This document shows positions 1 to 13,028 of a DNA stretch of 64,000 nt, piece by piece. The position numbers were made by a program, and so were the translations under genes. The DNA comes from Malacoraja senta (taxonomy: Eukaryota). The stretch is taken from assembly GCA_038087875.1 (NCBI GenBank), contig CM076000.1, forward strand, positions 1,488,001-1,552,000, written 5' to 3'. How positions within the stretch are numbered: the first letter of the stretch is position 1; each line of letters opens with the position of its first letter. The notes under the pieces are model-generated. The model saw only the letters and a program-made list of their open reading frames with translations. It had not been told where the DNA came from and made no database searches.

Positions 1-1282
1 TTCATGGAAGTACAATTTAACATTATTTGACAAGCTATTCTGTGAGACCCCCCCCTCACATCGCTCCTCCCTCTGTGATTCCTGCTGCTCTCCGGCTCTA
101 CGACTGTGACCCACTACCATAGCCACGTGTGTAAACCCCTGCAGTGAGTCTGAAGAAGGGAACCGATTCCTGTTCTCCAGAGATGCTTGCTGACCTGCGG
201 AGTTACTCCAGCACTTTGTGTCGTTCTTTTACAAAGACATTAAGGCAAGTAACCTAAAGCTTGGTGAAAGGTGCAGGTTTTAATGAGTATATTAAAGGAG
301 AAAAGACAAGTTTAAGATAGCTAAGTTTCACAAGGGAATTCCAGAACTGAAGGCAGAGTTTGCGATGGTGGAATGACTAAATTCATGAATGATCAAGAAA
401 GTAGAATTGCTGGACGACTGGTATGGAGGGTTATTTATACAAGCTGGAAATTACAAACAATATGGAAAAGTGAGCCATGGAGGGAATTGAAAATATGGAT
501 GAGGATTTTAAAATTGGTTAATTGGAAGCCAATACAAGTAATCAAACATGAGGTAATGGAGGAGTAGAACCTGAGTATCTAAAGTGTGTAGAAAGAAACT
601 GCAGATGCTGGTATATACTGAACATTAGACACAAAGTGATGGAGTAACTCAGCAGGTCAGGCAGCATCTCTGGAGAAAAAGGATGGGTTAGAAAGGAACT
701 GCAGATGCTGGTATATACCGAAGATATCTCCAAAGATTTTCTCTAGAGATGCTGCCTGATATGCTGAATTACTCCAGCACTTTGTGTCCATCTTGAGTAT
801 CCAAGTCTGCATTCTAAGTTTTCGATGAGCTCAGTATTAGACAAAATAAAATGATCTAAGATACAACTCCTAGTGTGCAGCGTGAATAATTACAATTGAT
901 TTCAGAATTCTTCGGATATAGAATTCAAAATTTGGTAGGAATGAAATTTGATCAATGACTTCTAGCAATACTGTGTTTATGGACATATTAACTCCAAGCT
1001 ATTTAAATACTATCCGAAAACCAAACAGAGAGCATTATGCCTTTTTGAGTCTGCAGAAGAGACGCAACACAAAACCTCGACTAGCCATTCCCTCCACAGA
1101 TGCTGCCCGACCTGCTAAGTTACTCCAGCAGAAAAGCAAGAAGCCCACAAATATCAGCCAGGAAATGATATGAAGAGTAGGAGTCAATCTACAAAGAAGT
1201 GAAGCAAGATTAATTGAATTTATGATTCAGTAAAATAAATTGCAGTTTTCCAATAAATCACACTTCCCACCATACAAGGAAG

Positions 1283-2005
1283 CCTGGAGAGAATGGATGT
1301 GGGGAAGATGTTTCCAATTGTGGTAGAGTCTAGGACCAGAGGGCATAGCCTCAGAATAAAAGGATTAGTTTAGTTTAGTTTACAGATACAGGGCGGAAAC
1401 AAGCCCTTCGGCCCATCGAGTCCGTGCCGACCAGCAATCCCTGCACACTAACACTATCCTACGCACACTAGGGACAATTTTCAATTATTTCAAGATTCAA
1501 GATTCAATTTAATTGTCACATGTACCAATTAAGGTACAGTGAAATTTGAGCTAATTTGAGCCAATTAACCTACAAACCTGTAGGTCTTTGGAGTCTGGAA
1601 ACCGGAGATCCCTGCGAAAACCCATGCAGGTCACGGGGAGAACATACGAACTCTGTACAGACAGCACCCATAGTCATAATAGAACCCGGGTCTCTGGCGC
1701 TGTAAGGCAGCAACTCTACCATTGCGCCAATGTGCCACCCTATATGTACGTTTAGAATGGAGCCGAGGAGGAATTTCTTTAGCCAGTGGGTGGTGAATCT
1801 GTGGAATTCATTGCCACAGGCAGCTGTGGAGGCCAAGTCATTGGGTATTTTTAAAGTGGAGATTGATAGATGATTAGTAAGGTTGTCAAAGGTTACGGAG
1901 AGAAGGCAGGAGAATGGGGTTGAGGGAAAAATAGACCAGCCATGATCGAATGGCAGAGTAGACTTGATTTGGCCTAATTCTGCTCCTATGTCTTATGAAT
2001 TTATG
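1283..2005 (+). mobile_element. CR1/HER1-type LINE 3' fragment interrupted by an HE1 SINE
   Basis: CR1 ORF2 C-terminal sequence (gtggtgaatctgtggaattcattgcc = VVNLWNSLP) and 3'UTR either side of the SINE. Confidence 0.8.
1366..1737 (-). mobile_element. HE1-like V-SINE
   Basis: Reverse complement of tRNA-derived head (ggtagagttgctgccttacagcgccagagacccgggttc), V-domain and (ctaaa)n tail. Confidence 0.85.
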
Positions 2006-2539
2006 AAGCTATGCATTGCAGGAGTGAATCCTGGCTTAGTACCAGTAAATATACTCATCATAGTATATTTTTAAACTCTTCCACACCAGGGTGCAAGAGC
2101 TAGGTCAGGAATAAGACATGGTGATCACAATTTGTATTACAATTATATTGCTTAAAAGGACATTGTGAACAGAATGGAAGACCAACATGCTTGTGCCCGA
2201 AACACTTTGCTTTGTTCGTAATCCCAGGTGCAGAAATTGAAAATCTGCCCATTCATTTAAAACAGACTTATGCAAAGATAAAAGGTAGATATGCAGTGCA
2301 ATACAGCAACTCTACCGCTGCACCACTGTGCCACCCTTGCTGCTCTCATGCAGGCATCAACTTGTCATGGACTAAAAACACTTCAGGCAGGATTGTTGGA
2401 CAACTATTACAATTCACAACCCAAGACTATTTCCCTCAAAAGGTCAAATTGCTTTTTCTGCCCCAAATGCATTTAAGGACAAAGAAGAATAAAGCGGTAA
2501 TAGGGTCTCTCAAGGCTTTTCTAACATTCAATATGAAGG

Positions 2540-3258
2540 AACTCTTCACTTCCTTCGACGGATGAGGAGAGCCGACCTCCCCCCTTCTGCCCTCACCACT
2601 TTTTACAGGGGTGCCATTGAGAGCATTCTTACCAGCAGTCTCTCAGTCTGGTATGGCAGTTGCTCTGCTGCTGACCTGAAGGCCCTACAGAGAGTGGTGA
2701 GGACAGCGGAGAAGATCACTAGATCACCCCAACCAGCAATCCAGGACTTATACCCATCTCGCTGTCGCAAGAGAGCAACCAATATAATCAAAGACACCAC
2801 CCACCCAGCACACAAACTGTTCACCCTCCTACCATCCGGCAAGCGCTACCGCAGCATGCGGAGCAAAACCACCAGATTCAAAAACAGCTTTTTCCCTCAG
2901 GCCATCAGACTACTCAACACACTCAAGAAAATTCCATGAACATTACACAAACAAAGACCGACTGTCAAATTAACTTTAACTCAATGTCTGCAGAATGCTA
3001 TTTGCACTTTTCCATATTGCACCTTTTATTATTGCACCTTAATAACATACCTCAAAATTTTACTACACTCTGGCACACTGTGAATATTTTATATAATGTA
3101 TATGTCCATTGTCTATCTTTATTGGTATGTTGTCTGTCTGTGTTATAAATATTACTTGCACATTGGAGTATGGGGAAACGCAATTTCAATCCTCTGTGTA
3201 ACTACTTGTTGCATTATTTGAATTGACAATAACGTTTACTTTGACTTTTTACTTTTTA
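2540..3258 (+). mobile_element. Rex1/Babar-type LINE 3' end (ORF C-terminus plus 3'UTR)
   Basis: FYRGAIESILTSSLSVWYG...LQRVVRTAEKI...HPAHKLFTLLPSGKRYRS...RFKNSFFPQAIRLLN, then a short-repeat tail. Confidence 0.85.
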
Positions 3259-4012
3259 CTATCCTATTAGCATCCAAAAATCCATCAAATTCATTTTTAA
3301 TGACAGAACTACCGTGGTTCTCTGGTGTGGAGAATTCCATAGATTTATAACCCTATGTGAGGGGAAGAAGATTATTTTCTCAATCCTAAACAACCACTCT
3401 CAACCCAATACTGTGCTCCCTCGTGTCCTCCCCCACCCCAGCTCTGGATCCACCAGCAGGAGGAAACAGCTATTTGGCAGATATCCAATAAATCCTTCAC
3501 CAAATATTGTGTCTCAAAGAGAACCTGCATGAGTATCAGCCAATCTTCTCAATCCTTCTTCTTGGAAGAAGCCTCTCAACATAGTGAATCCACGCTGTGC
3601 TGACTCAAATCAAATATTTCTTTAGCTAACTCAATGGTTCAATGGTTTCTGTATTATCATGTGTACCCAGGCGCAGTGAAATACTTTTTTGCATACAACT
3701 CAGCAAAACTATCACCATACATGAGCACAAGCCCCCAGTTAGACCAGAATGTACAAAACAGCCCACTGAGTCTGAATGCGAAAGGTGCCATTTTAGTGCC
3801 ACAAAGGCCCATTGCAGCCATTACCTCCATCCTGGTTGTCCTCACCCTGCACAGCCCTCTTCAGACCCCCCCCCCCCCCACAAGCCAGCATATACTGGGA
3901 ATCAAAGCTAGTGCTTTATCATCGCAGTTTATTGCACAATAACTTCAGCAGTCTCATCTTATTGGAGAACGTAATCAATGGCAGATAATTTAAGTAATGG
4001 CACAATTCACAG

Positions 4013-4305
4013 ATACAGTGGCACAGTTGTAGAGTTGCTGCCTTACAGTGCCAGAGACCTGGGTTCAATCATGTCTGAGGGTGCTGTCTGTGCAGAGTTT
4101 GTACATTCTCCCTGTGACCACGTGGGTTTTCTTCGGGTGTTCCAGTTTCCTCCCATATTCCAAAGACGTGCAGGTTCGTAGGATAATTGGCTTCTGTAAA
4201 ATTGTCTCTAGTGTGTATGATAGAACTAGTGCATGGGTGATCGCTGGTCAGCGTGTACTCAGTGGGCCGAGGGGCCTGTTTCCACAGTGTATCTCTACAC
4301 TAAAC
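4013..4305 (+). mobile_element. HE1-like V-SINE
   Basis: tRNA-like head, V-domain (gtgaccacgtgggttttcttcgggtgttccagtttcctccca), LINE-like tail. Confidence 0.85.
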
Positions 4306-4628
4306 GAAAGAAACATCTCCAAAATATATGTATTATAGGTTATTGAAAAATTATCCACTGGTCACAAAAATGTTTTATAGGTGCACAAAGAGCAGATTAA
4401 CTAAGAAAAGATGAGGCAAGAAGTACCCATGTGGAAAGGGAGCTTATGTTGGCAAAGTACTTAGAACGTAGAACAGCACAGCACAAGAACAGGGTCTTCG
4501 GCCAAACAATGTCCGTGTCAAACATGATGCCAACCTACACTATTCTTTCCTACCTGCGCAGAACCCATATCCCTCTATTCGCTGCATATCCATATGCCTA
4601 TCCAAAAGCCTCTTAAATGCTACTAATG

Positions 4629-4862
4629 CAAGGGTTCCCAACCTGGGGTAAATATACCCCCAGTGGATAAATTTTGCCTACCCAGGGGATAAATGTGTTT
4701 ATTCTGGATTTGTACATATTTTTTCTCATTGACTGACAGTGTTTGGTTCTGGTATACCAGTATCTGTTCATCATTAGTTGTTCATAAATAAGTGAAATAA
4801 CAATGTTATGTGCTATTAAAGTTGCCAGGGGTAAACGGGACGAAAAAGGTTGGGAACCCCTG
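4629..4862. mobile_element. hAT (Charlie-like) MITE, 234 bp
   Basis: TIRs caagggttcccaacc / ggttgggaacccctg; 8-bp TSD tactaatg (4621) / cactaatg (4863); sits inside a minus-strand CR1 fragment. Confidence 0.85.
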
Positions 4863-6655
4863 CACTAATGTAACTGCTTCAACCACCAGCCCGGCAGTGT
4901 GTTCCAGGCACTCACCACCCTCTGTGTAAAAAAACATGCCTTGCACATCTCCTTTAAATTTCTTAATCAATGCTTTGCAGTTATCTTCACAAAAGAGGGT
5001 GATGATGCATAATTTATAGTTAAGGAGGAAGTGTGCTGAATATTGTTCATAATAAACAATGGGAGAAGGAAATATCAAGATTTGCAAGAAACTTACCACA
5101 AATGGAATTTGTTCGCTGAAGAAAGATTTAAGGGATTGGGGTTGTTTACTTTGGAACAGAAAAGACAAGAGGGATTTGAAAGTATGATCAAGAAAGAATA
5201 AACAGAAAAGTGATCTTTTTACCTTAGCAGTGGGATGAAGAAATACAAGGACCTTCATACCTTTAGAATGGAGATGAAAATAAATTTATTTAGCCAGAGG
5301 GTGGTGAATCTGTGGAATTCATTGCCACAGACAGTGGTGGAGGCCAAGTCATTGGGTATTTTTAAAGTGGAGATTGACAGGTTCTTGATTAGTAAGGGTG
5401 TCAGGAGTTTTGCGGAGAAGACAGGAGAATGGGGTTGAAAGGGGGAAAATAGATCGGCCATAATTGAATGGCTAAGTAGACTTGATGGGCCGAATGGCCT
5501 AATTCTGCTCCCATGACTAATGAATTAGGGTTATAAATTGGAGGGTTAGAAGGATAATTAAGAACAGGTTTTTGCAGTGAGAGGGGATGATAATTTGGAT
5601 AGTGGAGGCAGAAAAAGTTATCACATTTAAACAGTATATGGATGTGTATTGAAATGCAACAACCAGCAGGAAACAGAAAATGTGGGATTTTGACTGGGTA
5701 GCTCTCTTCCAAGCACATGGATACAAGAAGCAAAATAGTCTCCTAAATGATAAACCCTCAGTAATTTCGTGGGATATGTCAAATTGCTATCAAAATAAAT
5801 CGCAGATGGTTTTGTTGGGAGACTTGATTGAAGTATATAAAATGATGAGAGGCATAGATGGGGTAGACAGTCATAATCTATTTCCCAGTATGGAAATAAC
5901 AATCCTAGAGGACGTAATTCTGAGGCGAGGGGGCAAAGGGGATGTGCGGGGTATGTTCCCCTTCCCCCTCCCTCCCTCCCTCCCTCCACTCCCCCACAGA
6001 GGATTGTGGCTGGGTGGGTGCCTGGAACACACTGCTAGGTGTGTTGGTGACGGCAGATATGAATGTGGTATTCAGGAGACTCTTCGATATGCACATGAAA
6101 ATGCATGGAACGGAGGGATATGGATTATGTGCAGTCAGATAAGAGTTGGTCTTGATATCATGTTCAGTCGAGATTGTGGGCCGAAGGGCTGATTCCTGTG
6201 CTGTACTGTTCTATGGTCTACATGTGCTATGTTCACTCCATTGCTGGAGCAACACAGGGCATTAGGAACATTCCTAGCCAAATCCGCCAATCACATCTAT
6301 GCCAGCTCCTTGAAATTGATATTTCTAGTAGAAACTACCAAACGTGGTGGAAATTAGCAAATAGAGAGATTAATCAGAAGTTCCTGATCCAATCTACTCC
6401 AAAACTGGCAAATAATCTTGTGTGGGAAGGAACTGCAGATGCTGGTTTATACTGAAGATAGACACAAAATGCTGGAGTGACTAGTGGGTCAGGCAGCATC
6501 TCTGGAGAAAAAGGATGGGTGACGTTTTGGGTCGGAATCCTTCTTTAGACGAATAAATAATTTAACCTAATCTAATCAAAACTCGTCTGTGAAAAGATGA
6601 ACATGAGTTTGAGTTGATCGTTAAACTTTTTGGTTTGAATTGGCGCTGCATTTAC

Positions 6656-6788
6656 CTGGTGAAGTTTGCTTAATAACTCGTACAATCTGTTCAGTCCGAG
6701 GGTCCAGATAACCCATCTTGCTTATGTAGTCCAGAGCTGCTTCGATGCTTCTGCTACCAGTCTGCTTGAGAGCTCGGATCGCCATCTC
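6656..6788 (-). CDS. LATS2: LATS2 second coding exon (UBA-domain region), 133 nt
   Basis: Not in the ORF track; read by hand as EMAIRALKQTGSRSIEAALDYISKMGYLDPRTEQIVRVIKQTSP(G), in frame with the previous exon. Acceptor ttttatttttag| and donor CAG|GTAAAT. Confidence 0.96.
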
Positions 6789-6984
6789 CTAAAAATAAAA
6801 TCCATTTAAAATGTATAAGTAAAGTAGAAATTTTAAGAACAAAGTGACATGCAGTAGTTGTGTAGACCAGGGTTTAAGTGGTTGGGCACTTGCAGCAACA
6901 ATCTTTTTTGTCTGTGGTTTGGTAAACCTTCCTGCAAGAGAACCATTGTGCGCCTTTATTTAATGGCAAAAATGGGGCTATTTG

Positions 6985-7595
6985 TAACCCATATCTAAGG
7001 AAGGATGCGCTGGCCCTGGAGAGGCTCCAGAGGTGGTTTAGAAGAATGATCCCAGGAATGAGTGGGTTAACATGACGAGCGTTTGATGGCACTGGGTCTG
7101 TACTCGCTGGAGTTTAGGAGAATGAGGGGACCTCATTGAAATGTACTGAATAGTGAAAGGCTTGGATAGAGGGGATGTGGAGAGGATGTTTTCACTAGTT
7201 GGAGAGTCTAAGACTAGAGGTCATAGCCTCAGATTTAAAGGACAATCTTTTAGCAAGGAGATGAGCATTTCTTTAGTCAGAGGGTGGTGAATCTGTGGAA
7301 TTCTTTACCACAGAAGGCTGTGGAGGCCAAGTCAATGGATATATTTAAGGCAAAGATAGATAGGATCTTGATTAGTACGGGTGTCAGGGGTTACATAGAT
7401 ACATAGAAAATAGGTGCAGGAGTAGGCCATTCGGCCCTTCGAGCCTGCACCGCCATTCAATATGATCATGGCTGTGTTATGGGGTTATGGGGAGAAGGCA
7501 GGAGAATGGGGTTAGGATATAGATCAGCTGTGATTGAATGGCGGAGTAGACTTGATGGGCGGAATGGCCTAATTTTGCTCCTATTACTTATGGCC
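6985..7595 (+). mobile_element. CR1/HER1 LINE 3' fragment with a short inverted young-CR1 3' end at 7393-7474
   Basis: Degenerate PYLRKDALALERLQRWFRRMIPG...RVVNLWNSLPQ coding sequence and 3'UTR. Confidence 0.8.
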
Positions 7596-8085
7596 TTAAG
7601 ACCTTTGCAGTAAGTGTTATGCTCACAATGTTAGGCTTAATATTGGCACGTGTCCAGAGATACGGTGAAACATTTTGTTTTGTAATGATATCCAAATAGA
7701 TCAGATATACCATACATAAGACAGGTCAGTCAAGTCAAACTCAAGTACAGATAGATAGAGCAAAGGGAAAGATACAGAGCACAGAATATTTTTCTCAGCA
7801 TTGTAGCACACCAGCTCCATAGACAAAGTCCATGTTATTCTAAAGCGAAGCAACTCCTGTAGAAATATATTACAAGGTGTTAACACCAGAAGAGAAGGGA
7901 AACTATTATATCCTATTTGAGGAAAATGCATCTTACACACCTGTTAAGAATTATTCTCAAAACCACACATTAATCGCATTTTTATGGTTCAGCTGCATAT
8001 AATAAAAATATTTAATGCCAAAGCCTGCCTTGCGTGGATGATTTAATTCCCCCCTTCCAATTTTCCTCATCATTTGTCAATACTT

Positions 8086-8395
8086 GGGCAGCACGGAGGC
8101 ACAGCAGTAAAGTTGCTGCCTTACAGCGCCAGGCACCTGGGTTCAATCTTGACGACAGGTGCTGTCTGTACAGAGTTTCTATGTTCTCCCCTTGACCACA
8201 TGGGTTTTCTCCGGTGCTCCAGTTTCCTCCCACACTTTAAAGACTTGGAGGTTTGTAGGTTCATTGGCTTCGGTAAAAATTGTAAATTGTCCCCAGTGCG
8301 TAGGATAGTGTTAGCGTACAGGGTGATCGCTGTTCGGCGTGGACTCGGTGGGCTGAAGGTCCGCTCTGTATCTCTAAAACAAAAAACTAAAACTA
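8086..8395 (+). mobile_element. HE1-like V-SINE
   Basis: Same head, V-domain and tail as the other copies. Confidence 0.85.
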
Positions 8396-8765
8396 TCAAT
8401 AAGTCAGAGCACAGGACGTGGCACTTCAGCCTATTGTACTCACAAATGAGTAGCTCTTTAAATGCTGCCAATGTATTTATAGTTCCATATTGCTCACATT
8501 TATTTTGAATGATTAGATGTCAGTGTTATAAACCAAAGTTATTCTATAGACACAGAAAATCCAATGCATTCTCTGTGTGCTACCAACTCTGTGGCTTCAG
8601 TAAAAATTGTAAATTGTCCCTAGCATGTAGGATAGTGTTAATGTATGTTGGTCAGTGTGGACTCGGTGGGCCAAAGGGCCAGCTTCCGCACTATAACTCT
8701 TGCTGACCACCAGCTTTCTCATGCCAGACTGAGAGCTAAATAATAGGCTACACCTGGCGAAGTAA

Positions 8766-9456
8766 AGGGCCTGTCCCACTTACGTGTCATTGGCACGCAA
8801 ATTACACGACCTCGTGGTCGCGTTGAGCCGCGACGGTCCCGCGAAGGTCGCACGCGATTTCATGCGACCGCACAACCGTCTGGAGCGCGTGACGTCATTT
8901 GAAGATGGACACAAAATGCTGGAGTAACTCAGCAGGACTGGCAGCATCTCTGGAGAGAAGGAATGGATGACGTTTCGTGTCGAGACCCTTCTTCAGTCTG
9001 AAAGAAGGGTCTTGACTCGAAACGTCACCCATTGCTTCTCTCCAGAGATGCTGCGGGTCCCGCTGAGTTACTCCAGCATTTTGTGTCCATCTTCAATTCT
9101 CTTGGCCCCGCTCTGGGAGTAGGAGTGGGGGCGGATCCGGACCACAACGGCCGTGAGTCCCAGGCCGAGTTCGGCGATCGTCTGCCTGCTTCTGCTGCTG
9201 TTGCAGGTGAGACGTTGCGTCAGGGTCTTGGGCTTGTCCGACTTTGGCCGTCAGTTACACGACAGGCCGCTGACGCGCGAAGATTTCGTTCGCTACAAAC
9301 ATTTCGGAGCCCCGAGCGATGTCGCGCACAACTACATACCCCTCCGCGCTTCTCAGTGGGACCGGCCCCGCACGGCCATACGATGCCCGTGCGCCTCAAC
9401 GCGACCACGAGGTCGCGTAATTTGATTGCCAAGGACACGCAAGTGGGACAGGCCCT
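8766..9456. mobile_element. PIF/Harbinger-like MITE carrying an internal Penelope-derived palindrome (8899-9096)
   Basis: TIR agggcctgtcccactt / aagtgggacaggccct extending as ~60-bp imperfect arms; 3-bp TAA TSD at 8763-8765 and 9457-9459. Confidence 0.8.
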
Positions 9457-10854
9457 TAACTGATCAAAGTGGAAACAATAGGAACTGTGTATTCTGGTTC
9501 CACTCTCTTCCCTGTGCCCCATCTGGAAAATGGCCTACTAATAGCCCCCTCCATTCCTCCACCATCTCTTCCCTGTGCCCCATCTGGATTCGCACCCGTC
9601 TCCCCCCTTCCCCTTCCTCCAGTCCTTAACTAACTATATTCCTTCCTCTGACTTCACAATTCGCACCCCTTCCATCCTTAACACACTTTTTGAATCTTCA
9701 TCTATGGCCTTTGTCCGACAATCTAACTATCAAAACTCTCTCTCACCTGCATTCACCAATCACTTGCAGGGTTTTTTTCCTGCGCTTACCTCTCTTCCAA
9801 CTTTCCCTCACCCTCAATTCTGTATTTCTGAAGTAATTCTGAAGCAGGGTCCCAACCCAAAATGTCACCTATCCATGTTCCCTAGAGATGCTGCTTGACC
9901 CGCTGAGTTCCTCCAGCCTTTTGTGACTTTTTTTTTAAACCTCTTCAGGGGCGGCACAGTTGTGCAGCGGTAGAGTTGCTGCCTCACAGCACCAGAAACC
10001 AGGATTCGATCCTGACCAAGGGTGCTGTCTGTACGGAGTTTGTACGTTCTCCATGTGACCATGTGGGTTTTTTCTAGGTACTCCAGTTTCCTCCCACACT
10101 CCAAAGCCAAATAGGTTTGTAGGTTGGAGAAACTCAGCGGGTGAGGCATCCAGCACCTCCAAAAAAAGGTACAAAAGGGATCACCAATAGTCAGACATTT
10201 TTACTTGTCAACTATATTGGGAGAGGAGTGATAAGATTTCAGACCCCTCCTTCTTACAGACAGCAAGGTTTACTTGCAATGATCACAATGCTGGGGTCAC
10301 AGTCAATTGAAACAAAATGTGGGAAGTTCTGTAAATTCTTTTTAATTTACTTTTGTGAATTATGTGCATATTTTGTAATCATGGTGGTCCTGGAAAAAGA
10401 TAAGCACCTATGGTACCAGTGTAAACAGAAATGCTGGAGAAACTCAGCGGGTGAGGCAGCATCTATGGAGAGAAGGAATAGGTGACGTTTCGAGACCCTT
10501 CTTCAGTCTCAGGCGATGTTTCGGGTCTAGATGGTACCAGTGTAATATCTTTAATTTCTAATATTGTGTTATTAATTTATTGTTTTTTTGTTTATTACAT
10601 GTTAGCTATGAGTATTGTGTTTACAGGCATGTTTTGCTGTTGGAAGTAAGAATTTCATTGTTCCGTTGTCGGTACACAGCGACTTCACTGACAAGAAACA
10701 AAATGCTAATTTAATTAATAACTTTTTGCTATTCTTAAACTAAACAAATTAATTTGTGGTAAGAATTTTAATCCCCATAAAAAATAAACTTTCCAGAATT
10801 GATCTCAGATTGATGTTTACCAATGCATTAGAGATCTGGGCAAGTGTATGACCT

Positions 10855-11127
10855 TAGACTTTAGAGATACAGTGTGCAAACAGATCCTTCAGCCCAACAA
10901 GTCCACACCGACCAGCAATCTCCCCGTACACTTGCATGATCCTACACACTAGGAGCCAATTAAACTTGCACATCTTTGGATTGTGGGAGGAAACCGGACC
11001 ACCCGGAGAAAACCAACGCGGTCACAGGGAGAACGTACAAACTCTGTACAGGCACCACCTGTAGTCAGGATCGAACCAGGGTGTCTGGCTGTAAATCAAC
11101 AGCTCTACCGCTGAGCCACTGTGCTGC
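10855..11127 (-). mobile_element. HE1-like V-SINE
   Basis: Reverse complement of head and V-domain. Confidence 0.8.
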
Positions 11128-11679
11128 TCCTAACCCTTTCACCATTTAATTTTCCACAACCTCTTTAAATTGCAGGCACTACGTTAGTTGTTGAAAAATA
11201 CCTTCAAGATTTCTCAAATTCCCAAACAGATCATAGAAGTTAATTCTGGAGCAGGATTTTCAATAATTTACATCATTCGAGCCAGTGGGATTAAAATTAG
11301 TCTGGTACTATTCAGGGCTAAATGCCAATCTTTCGTAAAATATTACTGCAGAGAACAGATGAAGTTTGCCCACTACTTTTCTGAAAATGATCGGAATCAT
11401 TTTCAGATAAGAATTTCAACCACCGGGGGAAAAAAATGTTAGTAACAATTTTAATTGGGTGTTCACCAAAACGTGATGGAGAATTATCTAATCCTCTCAC
11501 CACTTAATTCCCACAATTTATTTAAATTATAGGCAATATTTTGGTGCTCTCAAATGGTTTCAAACTAGTAAAAATGTAAGTGTAGCTGTAGGTTTAAAAC
11601 TTTTCCTGAAGTTTATTAAGCATAGAACAAAATAAAAACAGGACATGCTACAACTCCAAGATACATTTTTAAAACACTA

Positions 11680-13028
11680 CTAGACTGAGACCCATTCGGT
11701 CCCAGCATCACACGGGAGGGCTGGTCCCCCAACGCAATATTCCACCTCTCTACCAATTCCAATATTGGTGGCCAGTGGGGGGAGGCATTCTGGAGCGCTA
11801 GTATGGGTGTTGTGGTCTGAAGGGACTGGTTTCCAGAGGGCTAGTATGGACATTGTGGGCCGAATGGATTCTTGGGCTGGCGGCTCAGCCACTCAAGCCT
11901 GTGGCGCTGGCAGCTCACTCACGGCTGGTGGGCTGGCAGTTGACTCACGGCTATTCCTTGAAATTCCATTTCAAGCAGGGTGCAAGGCCACCAAATTCAA
12001 GTGCAGTTTCTTACAACTTCAAGCAGGGTGCAAGACCACCAAATTCAAGTGCAGTTTCATACCATTTTAAGCAGGGTGCAAGGCCACTAAGGACAGCGAG
12101 TCATGACCTCTCCCTCCTCCATCTTGCAGAGACTGAGCCACACCCACACTTCTGGGTTTTATAGTCCCTCCCTCTCCCACCAGAAGGGGCGTGGCTTTCT
12201 TGGCGTGATTGACAGGAGAGAGAATCTCAACATTTTTTAAACCCTAATAACTCTTTTATTTTTCATCGATGGGAAAAATCCTCGGCATCTGATGAGCGGA
12301 GGGGGCACTCTGAGTAAGATGGCCAAAAATCACAGTCGTACGTGGTAGCGTTTTTTCTAAAATCAATATAAAGCGCAAACAGGGTCATGATTATACTTTT
12401 AATTATATAGAAAGCAAGGCATCTTTAATTAGGCAACACAGCTTTAGCATTTCCAAACCAAAGGCAACATAGCTTTAGCATTTCCAAACCAAAGGCAACA
12501 CAGCTTTAGCATTTCCAAACCAACGGCAACACAGCTTTAGCATTTCCAAACCAAAGGCAACATAGCTTTAGCATTTCCAAACCAAAGGCAACACAGCTCT
12601 AGCATTTCTAAACCAAAGGCAAAACAGCTTTAGAATTTCCAAACTATATTTTCAAACCACATTAAGGGCACTGACAGGTTAGTAAAACCACTCACAGTTT
12701 AGTAGACATGTGTTCAGTGTTATTCACAGCTCAGACTGAGACACGTGACCCTCTCACTTCCCCCATCTTGCAGAGACTGACTGAGGCACTCAACACTTTT
12801 ATAGTCCCTCCGGAAGGGGCGTGGCCTTCAGTATAGAGAATCTCAACATTTTTTAAACACTAATAACTCTTTTATTTTTCATCGATGGGAAAAATCCTCT
12901 TGTCCTGCGCAGCAGAGGGGGGACTTTGAGTAAGATGGCCAAAGATCACAGCCGTAAGTGGCAGCGTTTTTTCTAAAATCAATATACAGAACAGGAAGTG
13001 GTCAAGATCAGACTTTTAGTAATATAGA
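11680..13028 (-). mobile_element. Non-autonomous Helitron with internal tandem repeats and a duplicated 5' segment
   Basis: On the minus strand: A|TCTATATTACTAAAAG start, subterminal hairpin gggaccgaatgggtctc, end CTAG|T, no TSD. Segment ~12100-12410 is repeated at ~12745-13028. Confidence 0.8.
12432..12644. repeat. 31-bp minisatellite, 7 units, inside the Helitron
   Basis: ggcaacacagctttagcatttccaaaccaaa starting at 12432, 12463, 12494, 12525, 12556, 12587 and 12618; no spacers. Confidence 0.95.

Noticed and set aside
9032..9522. GC-rich ORFs and CpG island as a promoter or gene
   Set aside because: Lies inside a TIR/TSD-bounded MITE with a second copy at 31572-32195.
12432..12644. 31-bp repeats as a CRISPR array
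   Set aside because: Units are contiguous with no spacers, there are no cas genes, and the context is a vertebrate Helitron.
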